Assembly: GCA_964532285.1 (NCBI GenBank) | Contig: CAZHHB010000004.1 | Coordinates: forward strand, 425-64,424 | From: an uncultured Candidatus Saccharibacteria bacterium | Lineage (GTDB): Bacteria > Patescibacteriota > Minisyncoccia > Phycocordibacterales > PALSA-1337 | DNA: 64,000 nucleotides | Direction: 5' to 3' | Shown: one piece after another, positions 1-7,410 of the stretch | Layout of the letters: every line of letters starts with the position of its first letter | Numbering within the stretch: position 1 is the stretch's first letter | Made by a program: the position numbers and the translations under genes | Notes under the pieces: generated by a model | Databases searched by the model: none | Told to the model about the DNA's origin: nothing | The model's input: only the letters and a program-made list of their open reading frames with translations

Positions 1-328
1 TAAGTTTGAATCCGAATTCTTCTACGGTAAAAGTGAAGAAATGATATTGCAGAGAACTTATAATGATACCTACTCCGCCGAAAAGTATTCCCAAGAAGAA
101 TAATGCTGGAATGAAAAGGGGAATAAATGAAACAATATTTGCACTGGCCGATGGTATGATTTCGTTGACTGAAGAGAGGTTCGTTGTCAGACTTTGGATT
201 ATTGTATCTTTGAAAAAAGAGAGGAGAATCACGAGTACAAGCAGGGCGAGCCCGGGGACCAATCCACGCAAAATCATGATAATAAGAGTCTTTCGTCCCA
301 GACGCTCGGGTCTTCCTATGGGAATCAT
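1..328 (-). CDS. Partial CDS (start codon in window, continues beyond position 1): hydrophobic multi-TM hypothetical membrane protein
   Basis: Own reverse-strand translation from ATG (complement of 326-328): 'MIPIGRPERLGRKTLIIMILRGLVPGLALLVLVILLSFFKD...IPLFIPALFFLGILFGGVGII...' with no stop codon down to position 1. It is absent from the ORF track only because it has no stop in the window. Confidence 0.35.
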   Translation of the reverse strand, partial: MIPIGRPERLGRKTLIIMILRGLVPGLALLVLVILLSFFKDTIIQSLTTNLSSVNEIIPSASANIVSFIPLFIPALFFLGILFGGVGIIISSLQYHFFTFTVEEFGFKL

Positions 329-451
329 ATGAACAATATTTTACAATGGAACAAGATATATTGCTATATTCGCTTCGCTCATATATCGCCTGCGCTCGGA
401 TTCTGTGAAAATGAATTTTCACGAATCCTCGCTTGGCGCTATAATTACAAT

Positions 452-1009
452 ATGTTATATACCCGCAAAGGTGATTCCGGTACGACTAAAGTCTTTGATT
501 CAAAATCTGGTGAGAGGATCTCCAAGAGTTCCTGCCAGACAGAATCTTTGGGGGCACTAGATGAGCTCAACTCTTTCTTGGGACTGGTGAAGGTAAAATC
601 CAGTGGAATTAAGTGGTCTGTAAATGAAAAAAAGATTGATGATATTGTAAATTGGGTTCAGAATTGCCTCTTTATAATCCAAGCTGAAGTGGCTGGTTCG
701 GATAAGAAAATAAATGGAGACAAGATAAATGAAATGGAATTGTTGGTTGATCTGATCGAAAAAGAAATGCCGCCGATAAAGACATTTTTCATCTCCGGAG
801 GAACGGAATTGACGGCGCTCATGGATATTTCTAGGACACTGGCTCGTAAGGCTGAACGCAGAGTGATTGAGGCTTCTGAAAAGGGAAGTGTTAGTGTTGG
901 TGGGCCGACTCTGGCTTTCTTGAATAGACTTTCTTCGTTGCTTTATGCTTTGGCGAGATTTATCAACTTCAAAACTGGTGTACATGAGGAAGCTCCGTGG
1001 TATAATTAG
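452..1009 (+). CDS. PduO-type ATP:cob(I)alamin adenosyltransferase family protein
   Basis: ORF 194..1009. The first ATG at 452 begins 'MLYTRKGDSGTTKVFDSKSGERISKSSCQTESLGALDELNSFLG', which matches the Cob_adeno_trans (PduO/MMAB) N-terminal signature. The in-frame stretch upstream of 452 looks non-coding. Confidence 0.7.
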   Translation: MLYTRKGDSGTTKVFDSKSGERISKSSCQTESLGALDELNSFLGLVKVKSSGIKWSVNEKKIDDIVNWVQNCLFIIQAEVAGSDKKINGDKINEMELLVDLIEKEMPPIKTFFISGGTELTALMDISRTLARKAERRVIEASEKGSVSVGGPTLAFLNRLSSLLYALARFINFKTGVHEEAPWYN

Positions 1010-1013
1010 ACAA

Positions 1014-2285
1014 ATGGATCCATTGAAACAATCTACAAATCAAATACCGCCCGAACAGACACATGTATCAAATCCCAACCCAATTCCAGCCCCAACTCCA
1101 ACTCCGACTCCGACTCCGACTCCAATTGTCACTCATTCTTTCATACCACCGACTCCGCCGGTGTATGCTCCTAGTTCGACCCAACGACTGGGTCAGTCTT
1201 TTCAGAAATCAAATTCATTTTCAAATCCTGATACCAAGTCTGAACTTCCTAGAATACCAGCGAATATTCCGGTGTTCATACCAGATATGCCACGTCGGAG
1301 TTCCAACAAATGGTTTGCGGGTATTAGTATCGCCATCTTACTTCTATTGGCAGGCCTGATCTACGGAACTTATGCCCTTATCATTTCACCCTCACGGGCT
1401 ATTCCGACAGCCTTCTCCAGCATCAATTCATTGTCAAAGAAACATGTTGGTTTTCTAGTCACTCTCGATTCCGATGATCCACAGATGAGTAGCCTGTCGT
1501 TTTCCGTGACAAGCGATATAGACAAGGCGAATCCAAATTCTACAGAAACACAATCAAGAGTTTATCTAGAATCCAAAGGCATTTCGGTTGCGGGAGATTT
1601 TGTCCTTGTTAATGGAGTGATCTACGGTCAACTAACGAATTTGCCAGATATGCTCGTAAAACCATTGAGTAAGTATATGAATCACTGGTATTCTCTAACA
1701 GTGGATGTCATAAAGAGATTGGCGAAGATAGATGATGCCTCCTTGAATGCTGTATCTCAACAAGGGTTAAGTTCTATCAGTGGCATTTATGAGAGGTTGT
1801 ATCTTGAGGGTGTATTCAAGAATGCTAACTTCGCCGGATTTACTAGTTACAACGGCAAGCTTGTCAGAAGGTATTCTGTAGATATAGACAAGGATACCCT
1901 GGCTGTACTTGTGAGCAAGTTCGCATCAAACAAAAATTCTCCAGACAGCACCCTCGTCAACGAAGGAGTGTCTTCTGTTAGTAACAGTTTGAGTTCCATG
2001 GAATTTCGTCCGGTTATAATAACGGTTGATCTATTATCTGGATCGCTCGAAGAGATCAAGTTGGAGACGCACATGTCTATACCAGCCACCAGATTTACTC
2101 CGGCTACAGATGGTGTGGTGCGATTCATCCTGACTTATGGTCCTGTGGAAGATGGTAAGGTCATCTCGGCTCCACAAGATGCGGAATCGCTGGACAATCT
2201 TCTCGTGGGTATGTTTACAAGACCGGCAATCGGCACATCTACAGTCCAGTCATCTACAACAAAACCCAAGAGCACGACTAGATAG
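1014..2285 (+). CDS. Hypothetical membrane-anchored protein with Pro/Thr-rich N-terminal linker
   Basis: ORF 945..2285. ATG at 1014 lies just after the upstream stop at 1009. Contains a 'PTPTPTPTPTP' low-complexity stretch, one TM segment 'WFAGISIAILLLLAGLIYGTYALII', and a long extracytoplasmic domain of unknown family. Confidence 0.5.
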   Translation: MDPLKQSTNQIPPEQTHVSNPNPIPAPTPTPTPTPTPIVTHSFIPPTPPVYAPSSTQRLGQSFQKSNSFSNPDTKSELPRIPANIPVFIPDMPRRSSNKWFAGISIAILLLLAGLIYGTYALIISPSRAIPTAFSSINSLSKKHVGFLVTLDSDDPQMSSLSFSVTSDIDKANPNSTETQSRVYLESKGISVAGDFVLVNGVIYGQLTNLPDMLVKPLSKYMNHWYSLTVDVIKRLAKIDDASLNAVSQQGLSSISGIYERLYLEGVFKNANFAGFTSYNGKLVRRYSVDIDKDTLAVLVSKFASNKNSPDSTLVNEGVSSVSNSLSSMEFRPVIITVDLLSGSLEEIKLETHMSIPATRFTPATDGVVRFILTYGPVEDGKVISAPQDAESLDNLLVGMFTRPAIGTSTVQSSTTKPKSTTR

Positions 2286-2323
2286 TGCCTAAAGTCTGAA
2301 ATTATGTTATAAGTAGGAACTAT

Positions 2324-2397
2324 GGTGCCTATGGTGTAATGGTTAGCACTGAGGTTTGTGGAACCTCCAGTCCGGGTTCGAATCCCGATAGGCACCC
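2324..2397 (+). tRNA. tRNA-His (anticodon GTG) with encoded G-1
   Basis: Cloverleaf folded by eye: G-1 + acceptor GTGCCTA/TAGGCAC + discriminator C; anticodon stem GAGGT/ACCTC; loop TTGTGGA (anticodon GTG); T-loop TTCGAAT. CCA is not fully encoded (CCg). Confidence 0.8.
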
Positions 2398-2403
2398 CGA
2401 ATA

Positions 2404-2428
2404 AAAATCCGCGATGAGCGGATTTTTT
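2404..2428 (+). terminator. Rho-independent terminator-like hairpin after tRNA-His
   Basis: Stem ATCCGC / GCGGAT with loop GATGA, followed by TTTTTT. Confidence 0.5.
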
Positions 2429-2561
2429 GAGGGGTGCCTAAGCGAGCCGACTGCTCGGCTCGCGGTCGGGATTCGAAAAGGCTGAACATATTTTCGACAC
2501 TTCGTAGCTCGACCGAAGGGAGAAGCGGAGAAGGGGAGAAAATGTGAAGCCTGTACTGAAG

Positions 2562-2582
2562 CTGTAAGCTTCGAATCCCGAT
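2562..2582 (+). repeat. 21-nt exact direct repeat of the tRNA-His 3' end (copy of 2377..2397)
   Basis: TTCGAATCCCGATAGGCACCC occurs at 2377-2397 (T-loop to acceptor of the tRNA) and again at 2562-2582. There is no complete tRNA around the second copy. This is the att-like signature of integrase-mediated insertion into a tRNA 3' end. Confidence 0.85.
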
Positions 2583-2610
2583 AGGCACCCAATTTTGTTA
2601 TACTAAATGT

Positions 2611-2820
2611 ATGGAAAAACGTTCCCGTTACGTCCGTGGTTATGTTGGTATTATCATTATCTTGATAGTCGTAGTTGTCGTAGTATTCTTGATGCTCGAT
2701 CAATACAAGAGTCAGGGTCTCATTCCCAGAGGAACACAAACTGATGAAACTACAGGGACATCTGCAGACCATGTGACCTTGATTTTTGGTCAAAAAAGTG
2801 CTATGTTTGCAACATGTTAA
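2611..2820 (+). CDS. Small hypothetical single-TM protein (uncertain)
   Basis: 69-aa ORF with a hydrophobic core 'IIIILIVVVVVVFLML'. It overlaps the hicB start by 7 nt and has no recognisable family. Confidence 0.25.
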   Translation: MEKRSRYVRGYVGIIIILIVVVVVVFLMLDQYKSQGLIPRGTQTDETTGTSADHVTLIFGQKSAMFATC

Positions 2821-3062
2821 ACAACGCAGAATACAAAATTGAGTATGAAGTAGATAAGGAAACCGCTCAGGTTACCGCTACTATTCCAGAACTAAACCAT
2901 CTATCTTCCTTTGGTGACTCTTTCGCCGAAGCGGAGTCTAATGTCAGAGAGGCCGCTCTCGGTTATTTTGAAGTACTTACAAAGGAACAACACGAAATCC
3001 CAAAGCCAGCATTTCACACGGAAGGTACATATCTCAAAATATTTATTCCTAAAATAGCATAA
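2814..3062 (+). CDS. hicB: HicB-family antitoxin (UPF0150), short form without DNA-binding domain
   Basis: 'YKIEYEVDKETAQVTATIPELNHLSSFGDSFAEAESNVREAALGYFEV' matches the HicB/UPF0150 N-terminal pattern. It lies immediately upstream of hicA. Confidence 0.65.
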   Translation: MLNNAEYKIEYEVDKETAQVTATIPELNHLSSFGDSFAEAESNVREAALGYFEVLTKEQHEIPKPAFHTEGTYLKIFIPKIA

Positions 3063-3067
3063 ACCTC

Positions 3068-3295
3068 ATGGGTAAACTCGGACGACTTTCAGCGAGAAAG
3101 GTTATCAAAAAACTAAAGAAAGTTGGCTTTGCTGAAACTCATCAGCGTGGTAGTCATCTGTACCTAAAAAGTGAAGACAGGACAAAAATTGTGACCGTGC
3201 CCATTCATGGATCAAAAGATATTCCAATTGGAACTCTTTATAATATTGTCGTGCGACAAGCAGGTCTGTCGGTAGATGAATTTAATAACTTATAG
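3068..3295 (+). CDS. hicA: HicA-family mRNA interferase toxin
   Basis: 'KVIKKLKKVGFAETHQRGSHLYLKSEDRTKIVTVPIHGSKDIPIGTLYNIVVRQAGL' is a near-textbook HicA (YcfA-like) sequence, including the catalytic Gly-Ser-His. Confidence 0.8.
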   Translation: MGKLGRLSARKVIKKLKKVGFAETHQRGSHLYLKSEDRTKIVTVPIHGSKDIPIGTLYNIVVRQAGLSVDEFNNL

Positions 3296-3321
3296 TAAAG
3301 TTTTGATAGCGACCCCTAACT

Positions 3322-3780
3322 TTAATTAAAAGCCATTTTGATATCTCTGATAATTTCATCAAGCTGATGATTGCTTTTGATGTAGTACTTACTTATGCCC
3401 AGACTAATGTAGGATTGTATAGTTTTCGCCCCCTCACTGTTTGATACCACGAAGATGGGGATTTTCTTCCATCGACCGCCGTTGGCTTTGATTTTCTTGA
3501 TGAGATCAAGACCGTTTTCTTTGCCCAAGAGATTGTGATCAAGCCATATTGCATCAACCTGTTCCAAATTTTCAAGATAGTCGAGCGCTTGCCTGATACT
3601 GCCCGCACTGATGATGCCTAAACCCTTTTTTTCAAGATTTGCATTGAAAACCTGATCAACACTTCGTGCAGTTACGACATCAAAGCCGCTTTTCTCAAGC
3701 TTCGCATTGACTACCTCTAGTAGGGGACGCTCATCTTCTATGACCAAGATAGTTTTCTTTTTTTGTATTTGTTTTTTCAT
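3322..3780 (-). CDS. Response regulator, stand-alone receiver domain
   Basis: 'KTILVIEDERPLLEVVNAKLEKSGFDVVTA...IWLDHNLLGKENGLDLIKKIK...IPIFVVSNSEG' carries the CheY-like phospho-acceptor Asp and the conserved T/K positions. Confidence 0.75.
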   Translation of the reverse strand: MKKQIQKKKTILVIEDERPLLEVVNAKLEKSGFDVVTARSVDQVFNANLEKKGLGIISAGSIRQALDYLENLEQVDAIWLDHNLLGKENGLDLIKKIKANGGRWKKIPIFVVSNSEGAKTIQSYISLGISKYYIKSNHQLDEIIRDIKMAFN

Positions 3781-3795
3781 ATTATTTATTATTAT

Positions 3796-5238
3796 TTATT
3801 TAATTTTTTTATTTTTCTTCTTACCCATCCCTCGGATGGGCAATGTTACATAAAAGGTGGTACCGAAGTTTTCTCGTGGTGATTTGAACCAGATTTTTCC
3901 TCCAGAGTTCTCCACGATTGATTTTACAATGTAGAGACCGAGACCTGTCCCATCGGTATCCATTCCTCTCACATTGTCCGCACGAAACAGCTTTGTGAAT
4001 ATTTTATCCTGCTGATTTCTGGGAATACCATATCCAGTGTCAGAGATTTTGATTTGAATTTTATCCTTCTCTGATAATGAAAGCATAAATTTTATTGCAC
4101 CATCTTTGGGAGTGTATTTTACCGAGTTTGATAGGATATTCTGCATAACCATTCGTAGAAGTTTCGGATCTGCTTGTATGTATGAAATTTTTTTCTCACA
4201 TGAAAATGAGAATCTTATTTTTTTCGTATTAATTTCTGGTTTCTGCTCATTTATTACACTTAACGCTAGTTTACGAATATCAGTTGTTTTGGGCTCAATC
4301 ACAAATGTTCCTAGTTCAAGACGAGAGACATCCAGAAGAGCATTCACAAGCTCAACCATTCTTTGGTTGCTACGGTATACCTCATCCAAATATTTTTTTT
4401 GTTTTCTATTTAGTTTTCCAACATCTCCAGCCAGAAGCATCTCTGTATACCAATTGACGGTAGAGAGTGGGGTACGAAGTTGATGTGATGCGAGTGAGAC
4501 AAATTCGGTCTTCGCCTTATCGACTGCTCGCTCGTTCGTGATATCTCGGAAAACCTTGATTGTCCCCATGACCTTTTTGTTGAGGATGACCGGCGTCACA
4601 GTGATTGCTACGGGTATCTTTATGCCATCTCTTCGCACATTGAAGTAAGTGGTTCCTGTCGTGGTAATGCCGTCTTTCAAGGCCATGTTTACTGGATGTT
4701 TCTCTGACAGAATGGGCGCACCCCTTTTGTCTTCCAAAAGAGCTATTTCGGAAAAATGTTTCCCCAAAACTTCATCATTTTTATTATCAAGTATTTTTTG
4801 AGCAGTTTTATTTATTAGGATGATGTTTCCTCTTTCATCGGTTGCCATGAGACCATCACCTATGGAAAGTAAAATCGCTCCTTCTTTTGCACTGACAATT
4901 TCTAGGCTTTTTGTGCGTTCAAGGACTTTTCTTTCCAATGTCTCGTGAGATTTCTTGAGTTTTTCTGCCGTCACCACCAGTTTTCGTCGAACACCCTCTC
5001 TCTCTCGGGCAGTTACAGCGAGTTTCTCCGCTGTTGTTGCTAATTTTGCCGCAGTCACAGCAAGTTTGCGCCTGACGCTTTCTTTTTCTCTAGCAGTTAT
5101 GGCGAGTTTCTCCGCTGTTGCTGCCAGCTTTGCCGCGGTCACAGCCAGCTTGCGTCGGACATCTTCTTTTTCTCTAGCCAAAATCCTCAGATTGAGGATA
5201 ATGTCATCGGATGTGGAAATAGTAGTTTTTTTATTCAT
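3796..5238 (-). CDS. Sensor histidine kinase: coiled-coil repeat N-terminus, PAS, HisKA, HATPase_c
   Basis: The H-box 'SHQLRTPL', N-box 'NILSNSVKYT' and G-boxes 'DTGYGIP' / 'GTGLGLYIV' are present. A PAS-like segment ('ILLSIGDGLMATDERGNIILINKTAQ') precedes the HisKA domain. The N-terminus is made of tandem 26-aa repeats. Confidence 0.8.
   Translation of the reverse strand: MNKKTTISTSDDIILNLRILAREKEDVRRKLAVTAAKLAATAEKLAITAREKESVRRKLAVTAAKLATTAEKLAVTAREREGVRRKLVVTAEKLKKSHETLERKVLERTKSLEIVSAKEGAILLSIGDGLMATDERGNIILINKTAQKILDNKNDEVLGKHFSEIALLEDKRGAPILSEKHPVNMALKDGITTTGTTYFNVRRDGIKIPVAITVTPVILNKKVMGTIKVFRDITNERAVDKAKTEFVSLASHQLRTPLSTVNWYTEMLLAGDVGKLNRKQKKYLDEVYRSNQRMVELVNALLDVSRLELGTFVIEPKTTDIRKLALSVINEQKPEINTKKIRFSFSCEKKISYIQADPKLLRMVMQNILSNSVKYTPKDGAIKFMLSLSEKDKIQIKISDTGYGIPRNQQDKIFTKLFRADNVRGMDTDGTGLGLYIVKSIVENSGGKIWFKSPRENFGTTFYVTLPIRGMGKKKNKKIK
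4960..5175 (-). repeat. Tandem ~78-bp coding repeats (about 3 units) at the histidine-kinase N-terminus
   Basis: The amino-acid unit 'RKLAVTAAKLA(A/T)TAEKLA(I/V)TAREKE(D/S/G)VR' repeats. The corresponding DNA repeats are visible at 4980-5200. Confidence 0.7.
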
Positions 5239-5246
5239 AATGTATT

Positions 5247-5630
5247 TTATTTCTTTAATATCATCTCAATCTTTTTTACTACATCATGAATTTTCCAATC
5301 GGATTTGATCAGGTGGTATGTTGAGGTATCACTACCCACATCACCAACTTGCTGTTCCTTGGTTACACTGAGGTTTGTAAGGATTATGATCGGTACTTTT
5401 TCACCCCATACATCTTCTCGGATCTTTTTGAATGCAGCCATGCCGTCCATTTCTGGCATCATAATATCAAGCAATATAAGGTCTGGATGTCTGGAAAGCG
5501 CAAGCTCCGCACCTTCTCTGCCATTCCTCGCTTCAAGTGGCATAAAGTTCTTCGTACGCAAAATATCCACAAGAGCTCCGCGGAGGCTCTTCTCGTCTTC
5601 CACGATAAGTATCATTTTTTGTGTTTCCAT
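5247..5630 (-). CDS. Response regulator, stand-alone receiver domain
   Basis: 'MILIVEDEKSLRGAL...DLILLDIMMPEMDGMAAFKKIRED...VPIIILTN' is CheY-like. It is the first gene of an RR-HK-RR cluster. Confidence 0.75.
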   Translation of the reverse strand: METQKMILIVEDEKSLRGALVDILRTKNFMPLEARNGREGAELALSRHPDLILLDIMMPEMDGMAAFKKIREDVWGEKVPIIILTNLSVTKEQQVGDVGSDTSTYHLIKSDWKIHDVVKKIEMILKK

Positions 5631-5803
5631 AATGTCTTTTTCGCTTTACGGCCAATAAATGGGTGAATCATCTTGTAGACATCACTATTTTTGTTAAGAA
5701 AACCCGTAATCAAGAGCCGTTCCAGGTCGCGAATCATTACAGTCTCTTGTGAAAGATGAAAAATGGGGAATATGGACCGTGGTATTACCACCAAGTCTGA
5801 TTC

Positions 5804-5855
5804 TTGACTTACTGGTGTTTCGAGAGTAGTTTTTGGTCAGGTTTGGGAATGGTTC
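5804..5855 (+). promoter_or_regulatory. Sigma70-like promoter (TTGACT-17-TAGTTT) plus 29-nt leader; copy 1 of a duplicated promoter/leader
   Basis: TTGACT at 5804-5809, a 17-nt spacer, then TAGTTT at 5827-5832. The stretch 5827-5855 'TAGTTTTTGGTCAGGTTTGGGAATGGTTC' is identical to 9083-9111. Confidence 0.5.
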
Positions 5856-5886
5856 CCAATGTAGCACAAAGAAAGAAAAACAAAAT

Positions 5887-7245
5887 ATGCAAACAAACGA
5901 AACGCAGTCGGCTGGCATACAGCCAATGAGCGAAGGGAAGACCAAACAAATCTTTCCCATCCCTGGCAGTCCTGCCAGAGTCGTAGTCAAATCGAAAGAT
6001 GACATCACTGCTGGTGACGGTGCCAAACACGACATTATCGAAGGTAAAGCCGCCCTGTCCACGCGGACAACCTGCAATGTGTTCCGACTCCTCCGGGCAT
6101 GCGGTATCCCTGTCGCCTTCGAGGATCAGGATGGCCCCACGGAATTCATCGCCGACAAGTGCACCATGTTGTCGTACGAGGTCGTGATCCGGCGCGAAGC
6201 CCACGGCTCATATCTAGATCGGAACCCTCATCTGCCGAAGGGACATGTCTTCCCGAATTTGGTCCTGGAGTTTTTCCTCAAGACTCATGGCAAGATCTGG
6301 ATCAATCCGGTGACCGGACGAAGTTATGAACTGCAGAAGGATGACCCGCTGATGGTGTCTGACCATCAAAAAGGTTGGATTGAGTTGTATTACCCGGGGC
6401 ATACTTCCGAAGAAAGGAAGATTGCTTCGAAGGGGCAACTCGTCGGGCAAAAACCCTTCCTCGTCCTGTCTGAAGAGGAAATTTTCTTCCGTGGAGATGA
6501 GGGGTCGCTCATGGCGCGCATGGGAAACATCGCTCGCCAAGCTTTCCTGGTTCTGGAGAAAGCGTGGCAGATCCAGGGGCGCAGGCTCGTGGACTTCAAG
6601 GTTGAGTTTGGTATCAACACTGAAGGACTGCTTCTGCTCGCCGATGTCATTGACAATGACTCCTGGCGGTTGATTGAACCTTCCGGCGGGTACATGGACA
6701 AACAGGTGTATCGCGACGGCGGGGATCTGAATACGGTCACGGCGAAGTATCGCGAAGTCGCGGATTTGACTGATCGGTTCGAAATTCCTCCCCAGCGTCT
6801 CATCATCTGGTGTGGGTCTGACAAGGATCACTTCACGGCAGTCGAAGATCTTTGGTTGAAGCTTGAACCGAAGCCACAGTTCCAATCCCTGCCGATCACC
6901 TGCTCGGTGCACAAACAGCCGGCCTTGGCGTACAAAATCCTGCAGCATCATCTGCAGGAGGGGCCGTACGATTCGGTTATTATCGCCTATATCGGTCGAA
7001 GCAATGGCGCTGGTCCGGTCCTGGCGGCGAATTGCACAGTTCCGGTCATCACCGTGCCGGCGGGATACAAGGAATTCCCCGAAGATGTTTGGTCGTCACT
7101 CCGCACTCCGAGCAATGTGCCGGTCATGACGGTGCTCGAGCCGGCAAATGCCGTACTTGCGGCTCTGCAGATCCTGGCGATGCGCAATCCGAGCATCTAT
7201 GCCGCCCTGCGTTTCGAACAGGAAAAGCGGTTGGTGAATGTTTAA
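5887..7245 (+). CDS. purC/purE: Bifunctional SAICAR synthetase (PurC) / AIR carboxylase (PurE-like) fusion
   Basis: The N-terminal ~300 aa carry the PurC motif 'TAGDGAKHDIIEGKAALSTRTTCNVFRLLRACGIPVAF'. The C-terminal ~150 aa ('VIIAYIGRSNGAGPVLAANCTVPVITVP') resemble PurE, the AIR-carboxylase fold. The reading frame opens at TTG 5833; the first ATG is at 5887 and an alternative ATG is at 5926. The region is GC-rich relative to its flanks. Confidence 0.75.
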   Translation: MQTNETQSAGIQPMSEGKTKQIFPIPGSPARVVVKSKDDITAGDGAKHDIIEGKAALSTRTTCNVFRLLRACGIPVAFEDQDGPTEFIADKCTMLSYEVVIRREAHGSYLDRNPHLPKGHVFPNLVLEFFLKTHGKIWINPVTGRSYELQKDDPLMVSDHQKGWIELYYPGHTSEERKIASKGQLVGQKPFLVLSEEEIFFRGDEGSLMARMGNIARQAFLVLEKAWQIQGRRLVDFKVEFGINTEGLLLLADVIDNDSWRLIEPSGGYMDKQVYRDGGDLNTVTAKYREVADLTDRFEIPPQRLIIWCGSDKDHFTAVEDLWLKLEPKPQFQSLPITCSVHKQPALAYKILQHHLQEGPYDSVIIAYIGRSNGAGPVLAANCTVPVITVPAGYKEFPEDVWSSLRTPSNVPVMTVLEPANAVLAALQILAMRNPSIYAALRFEQEKRLVNV

Positions 7246-7266
7246 TTACAGCGTTCCAAAGACAAG

Positions 7267-7295
7267 CTCCGAGGGTAACCTCCCGGAGTTTTTTT
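7267..7295 (+). terminator. Rho-independent terminator after purC/E
   Basis: CTCCGAGGGTAACCTCCCGGAG hairpin followed by TTTTTTT. Confidence 0.6.
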
Positions 7296-7410
7296 ATTAT
7301 CTTTTTTATTGCCTTTTTGGTGTTTTTGAGTAGTATTGATTTTAGAAAGCATCCGTCCACGAATTGTGGCGGAAAAATTAATAAAAACAAAGCAATAGAA
7401 AGGGGCACAT

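Noticed and set aside
63-332. 89-aa plus-strand ORF and the 5' part of ORF 194..1009 upstream of ATG 452
   Set aside because: This region is better explained by a minus-strand membrane-protein gene that starts at 328 and runs off the window edge. The adenosyltransferase homology begins only at 452.
2562-2582. A possible second tRNA gene
   Set aside because: Only the 21-nt T-arm/acceptor 3' half is present. The upstream sequence cannot form D and anticodon arms or a 5' acceptor strand.
4960-5175. CRISPR array
   Set aside because: The repeats are contiguous with no spacers, in frame, and encode a coiled-coil segment of the histidine kinase. No CRISPR-like repeat-spacer architecture occurs anywhere in the window.
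6214-6951. 245-aa and 144-aa minus-strand ORFs inside purC/E
   Set aside because: Antisense ORFs in GC-rich coding DNA. The plus-strand PurC/PurE homology is unambiguous.
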